From Candidatus Poribacteria bacterium (GTDB lineage Bacteria; Poribacteria; WGA-4E; WGA-3G): a DNA stretch of 64,000 bases. Where the stretch lies: contig OZ219753.1 in the NCBI GenBank assembly GCA_964291315.2, forward strand, positions 32,001-96,000, given 5' to 3'. The notes under the pieces are model-generated. The model was not told the origin of the DNA. It searched no databases and saw only the letters and a list, made by a program, of their open reading frames with translations. Shown one piece after another: positions 58,482-64,000 of this stretch. Within the stretch, counting starts at the first letter, position 1, and every line of letters starts with the position of its first letter. Position numbers and translations under genes: made by a program.

Positions 58482-60554
58482 ATGACACAATATAGGACAG
58501 AAGAGATCCGGAACATCGCAATTATCGCGCATTCAGGAGCAGGCAAAACCTCACTCGTTGAATCGATGCTTTACAACGGTGGGGCTATTGAGCGCATGGG
58601 GGCTGTTGATAGCGGGAATTCTGTAGCTGACTATGCCGCTGACGAGATAGAGCGCAGAACAACCCTCAACTGTTCGGTCTGTATCGCGGATTGGGAAGGG
58701 CATAAACTAAATATCATTGATACCCCCGGATCTGAAGATTTTTATGGAGACCTCCATAGTGTGCTTCGAGTTGTAGACGCTGTTATCGTGGTTGTAGATG
58801 CAACAACAGGCGTTGAAGGTGGGACGGAGAAGGTGTGGGAGGCTGCGGACAAATATGAATTGCCCCGCCTGATCTTCATCAATAAAATGGATAAAGAGAA
58901 TGCCAGCTTTGAAAACGCGCTTGCGAGTATTGAAGAGATCTTAGAAACCCGGGCAGTTCCAATTCAGCTTCCGATCGGTAAAGAGGATCAATTCGCGGGT
59001 GTCGTTGATGTCATAGAGATGGCTGCGTATCTGGCACCTAATGGCAACAAGCGTGCGCCAAGAACCGACATTCCGGCGGAATTGGAAGCACAAGCTGAAG
59101 GCGCCCGGGAAGCACTCGTTGAGGTTGCTGCGGAAAGTGATGATGAACTCATTGAGAAGTTTTTTGAGGGCGAACTGTCGCACGAAGAAATTCAGAACGG
59201 GGTGCAGCTCGGCATACTCCACAACCAGTTTACACCTATCCTCTGTGGTGCCGCGCTCAACAACGTGGGGGTACAGCCATTGATGGATATGCTTGTGACG
59301 GGATGCCCGTCTCCTGTTGATGTGGGGCCGGTGACAAGCGTTGAGGATCAAGAGGAGCGGCGTGAGCCGTCAACGGATGCCCCAATGTCGGCAGTCGTTT
59401 TCAAATCTATTGCTGATCCGTTTGCCGGACAGCTGAGTTTCTTCCGGGTCTATTCTGGGGTCTTGCAAGCCGATACCCAGGTCAGCAATTCGACGCGTGG
59501 ACAGATTGAACGCCTCGGCAAAACTATGTTTATGAACGGTAAGAGCTCTATAAGCACCGCACAAGTAGAAGCAGGAGACATCGGAGCTATCACTAAGCTT
59601 GCTGCGACCCAAACCGGGGACACTCTCTCTGATAGAGATGCACAGATTAAACTTGTAGGCGTTGAGTTCCCTAATTCCGTTATCTCTTACGCGATTCGTC
59701 CAACCCGCGAGGGCGATGATGAGAAGTTGATGGCCTCTCTCACACGCATGTCTGAGGAAGATCCGGCCTTCAGAATTGAGAGGAATGAATCGACGAAGCA
59801 ACTCCTCGTTTCTGGGCTTGGAGATTTGCACATCACCGTCAATCGTGAGCGGATGAAGGATAAATTCGGTGTAGAAACGGAGGTTTCCACGCCGAAAGTG
59901 CCGTATCAGGAGACCGTTCGTCGAAATGCTCGTAACATCAATGGACGGCACAAACGCCAGTCGGGCGGCAGAGGGCAATTCGGGGATGTTTGGATTAATG
60001 TGGGGCCTCTGCAGCGCGGTGAAGGTTTTGAATTCATTAATAACATTGTGGGGGGTGCAATTCCACGCAACTATATCCCCGCTGTCGAAAAGGGCATCCG
60101 TGAAAGAATGGCGAGGGGGTTTTTAGTAGGTTTCCCAGTCGTTGACATCCAAATAGATCTCTATGACGGCAAATACCATCCTGTTGATTCTTCAGATATG
60201 GCGTTCCAGATCGCTGGTTCCATCGCTTTTGCTGCTGCCGTAGAACAAGCGTCCCCATGTCTGCTTGAACCTATTATGGAGGTCACGATCACTGTGCCCG
60301 AACAGTTTATGGGAAGTATCATCGGTGACTTAAATGGGCGGCGTGGACAGGTGCTCGGTGTTGAACAGGTCGGGAAAAAGCAGGTGATTCAGGCGAACAT
60401 ACCGCTATCGGAGATGCTCCGCTACTCGATTGATCTCAAATCGATGACGAGTGCCCGCGGCAATTTCACGATGGAATTCTCGCGTTATGAGATTGCCCCC
60501 GACGATGTTGCGCAGAAGGTGATTGCTGAGTCAAAAACCGGGGCAGAAGAGTAA
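58482..60554 (+). CDS. fusA: Elongation factor G paralogue (EF-G2 type)
   Basis: AHSGAGKTS, DTPGSEDF, NKMD, KRQSGGRGQFG, HPVDSS; not in an str operon. Promoter TTGACA-17-TACGAT at 58385. Confidence 0.9.
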   Translation: MTQYRTEEIRNIAIIAHSGAGKTSLVESMLYNGGAIERMGAVDSGNSVADYAADEIERRTTLNCSVCIADWEGHKLNIIDTPGSEDFYGDLHSVLRVVDAVIVVVDATTGVEGGTEKVWEAADKYELPRLIFINKMDKENASFENALASIEEILETRAVPIQLPIGKEDQFAGVVDVIEMAAYLAPNGNKRAPRTDIPAELEAQAEGAREALVEVAAESDDELIEKFFEGELSHEEIQNGVQLGILHNQFTPILCGAALNNVGVQPLMDMLVTGCPSPVDVGPVTSVEDQEERREPSTDAPMSAVVFKSIADPFAGQLSFFRVYSGVLQADTQVSNSTRGQIERLGKTMFMNGKSSISTAQVEAGDIGAITKLAATQTGDTLSDRDAQIKLVGVEFPNSVISYAIRPTREGDDEKLMASLTRMSEEDPAFRIERNESTKQLLVSGLGDLHITVNRERMKDKFGVETEVSTPKVPYQETVRRNARNINGRHKRQSGGRGQFGDVWINVGPLQRGEGFEFINNIVGGAIPRNYIPAVEKGIRERMARGFLVGFPVVDIQIDLYDGKYHPVDSSDMAFQIAGSIAFAAAVEQASPCLLEPIMEVTITVPEQFMGSIIGDLNGRRGQVLGVEQVGKKQVIQANIPLSEMLRYSIDLKSMTSARGNFTMEFSRYEIAPDDVAQKVIAESKTGAEE

Positions 60555-60624
60555 AGGATAGCCAGGTTCACTCTTGCTGCACTTTTGCGTGTGCCTGTTG
60601 AAACGCCTTCACAAGTTCTATGAA

Positions 60625-60770
60625 TAACGCGAGCTTGATAATTATTTGGATCCTCTTAGGAGTGCGAATGTCCAAGAGACCGACAACCTATGCTACAAAT
60701 CCCTTGCAGAGTAGCTGAACAGGTTATCGGACAAAAGCGTATCGCTAGCTCTACTTTCAAACTCACGTTA
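60625..60770. mobile_element. 146-bp MITE with 14-bp terminal inverted repeats starting and ending in TA
   Basis: TAACGCGAGCTTGA ... TCAAACTCACGTTA (12/14 complementary), with an internal REP-like core. Confidence 0.7.
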
Positions 60771-60815
60771 GTAGTAGCATTTAACTATCGTTAGATGCTC
60801 TTAATAGGGAAGCCT

Positions 60816-61319
60816 ATGGAAAACGAGAGTGACAGATCAACATTGTTTACCACTCGGAACACCGAAAGAGCCATGGTCTTCTTTACGATCGTGGGATGTG
60901 CATGTTTAGTAGGTATCTTTCTGCACGAATGGGGACATGAAAAAGAAAAGTGGTATGATGCACTCCGCACCGTTTTGGGAAATACGCCTAGCGTGCTAGC
61001 GTCTACAACACTATTAACCATTTTCAAGGAGGGTTTGGATATTATGTTTACGCGTTGGGAAGCATATCGCGACGAGCGAAAAAAGAAAATTGAAGAAGCT
61101 AGGAAAGCAGGCTATGAAGAAGGCTACAAGGCAGCAAAAGCCGAAAACTCGGATCTCGCTGCGGTTCAGGAGGGAGTTAAGACAGAAGAAGCGTCTGATA
61201 AAGATCGCGAACATCAGATCGCGACTTTCCTTGAGCTCGCTGCGGTTCAGGGCGAAACACTCCGTGAGATCGCTGAGGCACTCAAGGCGGCGGAAGCGTC
61301 TGATAAAGATCGCGAGTAG
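60816..61319 (+). CDS. Hypothetical membrane protein with a coiled-coil tail and internal repeat
   Basis: Two hydrophobic segments; LAAVQ...EASDKDRE occurs twice at the DNA level. Confidence 0.65.
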   Translation: MENESDRSTLFTTRNTERAMVFFTIVGCACLVGIFLHEWGHEKEKWYDALRTVLGNTPSVLASTTLLTIFKEGLDIMFTRWEAYRDERKKKIEEARKAGYEEGYKAAKAENSDLAAVQEGVKTEEASDKDREHQIATFLELAAVQGETLREIAEALKAAEASDKDRE

Positions 61320-61628
61320 TAGGAGGGTGTTGCTAGGAACGTTAATCGGTTTAGCCAAGAAGAGACTGACTTAGATAACGCGAGCTTAATAATTATTGGG
61401 TTTATCTTTGGATAGAGAGAGGCTTGCAAAATCGGCCTGTTTTTGCTGCAAGTGTTGCGAATGTCTAGGAGACCGACAGTCTATGCTACAACTATACCGA
61501 ACAGATTATCAGACAAAAAAAGTCTGCTGTGGCTCTTTTGGAGCATAGACTCTTAGATTGGGCATTCGTATGCCCCTAACTGCAAAGCTTCCCCGGTGGT
61601 GTTCTGTTCTGAGAACTACGATATCCGT

Positions 61629-64000
61629 ATGCCGAAACTCAATATTAGACCTACCCACAAGCCGATCCGCGACTATTACGCCACGCTGCAGGTATATGAG
61701 CAACACAAGGCGACACACGAAGGCGCTGTCAGCAACCCGTTCGCCTTCTTGCTTGATACCTGCGCGAGGCAGGTGAATGCGGCGCTCATCCCGCAGTATC
61801 AGATGCATGCTCCCAACGGAAACCGCATCGTTATTGATGGCGCAATCTTGGATGAATATAGCCTGCCGATCGCTTATTGGGAGGCAAAAGACATGGATGA
61901 TGATCTCACCAAAGCCGTGGCAGACAAGCGTGCGGCGGGGTATCCGTTAGACAACATCCTGTTCCAGAACCCGCAGCGTGCTATTTTGTATCAGAACGGA
62001 GCAGAGGTGCTCGATGTAGACATTACTGCGCCGGTCTCTCTGATCGCTGCCCTTGAATGTCTGTTCGCTTATGTGCCGCCGGCATTGGAAAATTGGCAGT
62101 CGGCTGTCAACGACTTCAAAGAACATGTGCCGGCTCTCGCAGGCAAGTTGAAAGAGCTCATTAACGAACGACACGCGGTGGATACGGCATTCCAAGCAGC
62201 GTTCTCCAACTTCTATGAGACCTGTCGCACGGCAATTGACCCGGCACTCTCACGCGATGAAGTCGAAGAGATGCTGATCCAACACATCCTCACCGAACGC
62301 ATCTTCCGCACGGTGTTTAATAACTCCGATTTCACGCGCCGGAATATCATCGCAGGCGAGATTGAAAATGTGGTGGATAAACTGATCCATAGAGCGTTCA
62401 GCCGGGATGTGTTTCTTGAGCCTTTAGATCGTTTCTACAGTGCTATTGAACAGGCGGCGCTATTCTGCAAAGACTTCTCACAGAAACAGAGCTTCCTCAA
62501 TACGTTCTATGAGAAGTTCTTTCAAGGGTTCTCTAAAGATACCGCCGACACACACGGGATTGTCTACACGCCGCAGCCGATCGTGGATTTCATGGTCAAC
62601 AGTGTGCAACATATATTAGAGGCCGAGTTTGCTCGTTCGCTGTCGGATAGTGGCGTGCATATCATAGACCCGTTTGTCGGCACGGGCAACTTCATCGTGC
62701 GGCTGATGCAGTCCCTGGATCCGATCTCCCTGGAGCGAAAATACACCGCAGATCCGCCTGAACTCCACTGCAACGAGGTGATGCTTTTGCCGTATTACAT
62801 TGCGAGTCTGAACATCGAGCAGGAGTATTTCCGTCGGACGGGTGCGTATCTGCCGTTTGAGGGGATCGTGCTGGCGGATACGTTCGAGCTACTTGAGCCG
62901 GAGCAGGGACAGCTCTTCACGCGCGAAAACACAGAGCGGGTGAAAGGACAGAAGTCATCGGAGATGTTCGTGGTGATCGGCAATCCGCCCTACAACACCG
63001 GGCAGGACGACGAGAACGACAATAACAAGAATAGGAAGTATCCGCTCATGGATGCAAGAGTTCGGGACACCTATTCGCAAGATTCAAAGGCCTCGAACAA
63101 AAAAGCCCTCTCGGATCCGTATGTGAAAGCGATCCGCTGGGCCTCCGATCGTATTGGAGCAGAGGGCATCGTGGCACTTGTGACGAACAATAGTTTTCTG
63201 GACGGCATCGCGTTTGATGGGATGCGGAAGCATCTGGCACAGGACTTCACTAAGATTTATCATATTGACATGAAAGGAGATGCCCGCACCTCGGGCGAGC
63301 GGCGCCGAAAAGAGGGCGGCAATGTTTTTGACGATCAGGTCCGGGTGGGTGTCGGTATCAGTTTCTTCATCAAAAAGGCTGGGTCGCCGGGTGCCTCTGC
63401 GGAGGTTTGGCTCTATGCTGTTGACGACTATATGACATCTCGGGAGAAGCAGGATGTGTTGGTCGAGTTCGGCGACTATACAAGTGTTCCATTGAAGCGA
63501 TCGGTGTTAGATACGAGGTATACTTGGCTCACGGAAGGTCTTCGTTCTGAGTTTGAGACCTTTGTTCCGATGGGAACTAAGTCAGCGAAGGCGGCACGAG
63601 GAACGGGATCGGGCGCGATTTTCAAAACCTATAGCAACGGCGTGAGTACTAATCGTGATGCGTGGGTCTATAATTTCAACCGAGACGCGCTCACTGAAAA
63701 TATAAGTCGGATGATAGAAAATTACAACGCAGAAGTGGCGCGTTGGACACAACGGAGAAATAGAGAGGTGCCCGTTGATAATTTTGTGGTCTATGACGAT
63801 ACAAAAATCAAGTGGAGTTCGACGTTAAAGCAGAAACTACAGAGCGGTCAGACGACAGCATTTACAGATGCGAAAATCCGTTCCAGTCTCTATAGACCTT
63901 TTACAAAATCCAACCTCTACTTTGACCGAATGATGAACCATAGGGTAGCAGGCTTTCCATCTATCTTCCCTACGCCGGAGACGGAATCAGAAAATCGGGT
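61629..64000 (+). CDS. Type IIG/ISP-like fused restriction-modification enzyme (runs off the window end; absent from the ORF track)
   Basis: ATG 61629 MPKLNIRPTH; IDG..YWEAKD nuclease motif, GIVYTP, DPFVGTG, GNPPY and GVSTNRDAWVYNF; no helicase motifs seen. Confidence 0.9.
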   Translation, partial: MPKLNIRPTHKPIRDYYATLQVYEQHKATHEGAVSNPFAFLLDTCARQVNAALIPQYQMHAPNGNRIVIDGAILDEYSLPIAYWEAKDMDDDLTKAVADKRAAGYPLDNILFQNPQRAILYQNGAEVLDVDITAPVSLIAALECLFAYVPPALENWQSAVNDFKEHVPALAGKLKELINERHAVDTAFQAAFSNFYETCRTAIDPALSRDEVEEMLIQHILTERIFRTVFNNSDFTRRNIIAGEIENVVDKLIHRAFSRDVFLEPLDRFYSAIEQAALFCKDFSQKQSFLNTFYEKFFQGFSKDTADTHGIVYTPQPIVDFMVNSVQHILEAEFARSLSDSGVHIIDPFVGTGNFIVRLMQSLDPISLERKYTADPPELHCNEVMLLPYYIASLNIEQEYFRRTGAYLPFEGIVLADTFELLEPEQGQLFTRENTERVKGQKSSEMFVVIGNPPYNTGQDDENDNNKNRKYPLMDARVRDTYSQDSKASNKKALSDPYVKAIRWASDRIGAEGIVALVTNNSFLDGIAFDGMRKHLAQDFTKIYHIDMKGDARTSGERRRKEGGNVFDDQVRVGVGISFFIKKAGSPGASAEVWLYAVDDYMTSREKQDVLVEFGDYTSVPLKRSVLDTRYTWLTEGLRSEFETFVPMGTKSAKAARGTGSGAIFKTYSNGVSTNRDAWVYNFNRDALTENISRMIENYNAEVARWTQRRNREVPVDNFVVYDDTKIKWSSTLKQKLQSGQTTAFTDAKIRSSLYRPFTKSNLYFDRMMNHRVAGFPSIFPTPETESENR

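Overview
64-kb bacterial chromosomal segment (~50% GC), probably from Candidatus Poribacteria or a relative. This is an inference from the lamin-tail and LamG secreted proteins ending in a TT(R/T)WG(E/K)LK motif. Housekeeping genes include aroC, infC-rpmI-rplT, T-box-controlled pheS-pheT, menG/ubiE, an mqnP/ubiA-like gene, recQ, thrB, an ABC-F gene, ftsY, A2M-pbpC and an EF-G paralogue. Accessory loci are interleaved with them. The most notable are: (1) an operon with a CHAD domain split into two genes, a ROK kinase and an unannotated 560-aa protein carrying VTC/CYTH tunnel motifs, a candidate polyphosphate system; (2) a cytochrome P460-like lipoprotein next to a Cyc2-like cytochrome-porin with two CxxCH motifs; (3) a DNA methyltransferase overlapping an XPB helicase-Bax1 (DUF790) nuclease pair; (4) two independent tandem duplications of exported-protein genes with near-identical flanks, hypervariable ectodomains and a truncated stub of the neighbouring gene at each junction; (5) a shared C-terminal motif on unrelated secreted proteins; (6) GTAG-REP palindromes nested in a TA-ended MITE family, two orphan promoter/sRNA candidates, and a Type IIG/ISP-like R-M gene running off the right end. 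All calls come from reading motifs by eye; no database search was run.
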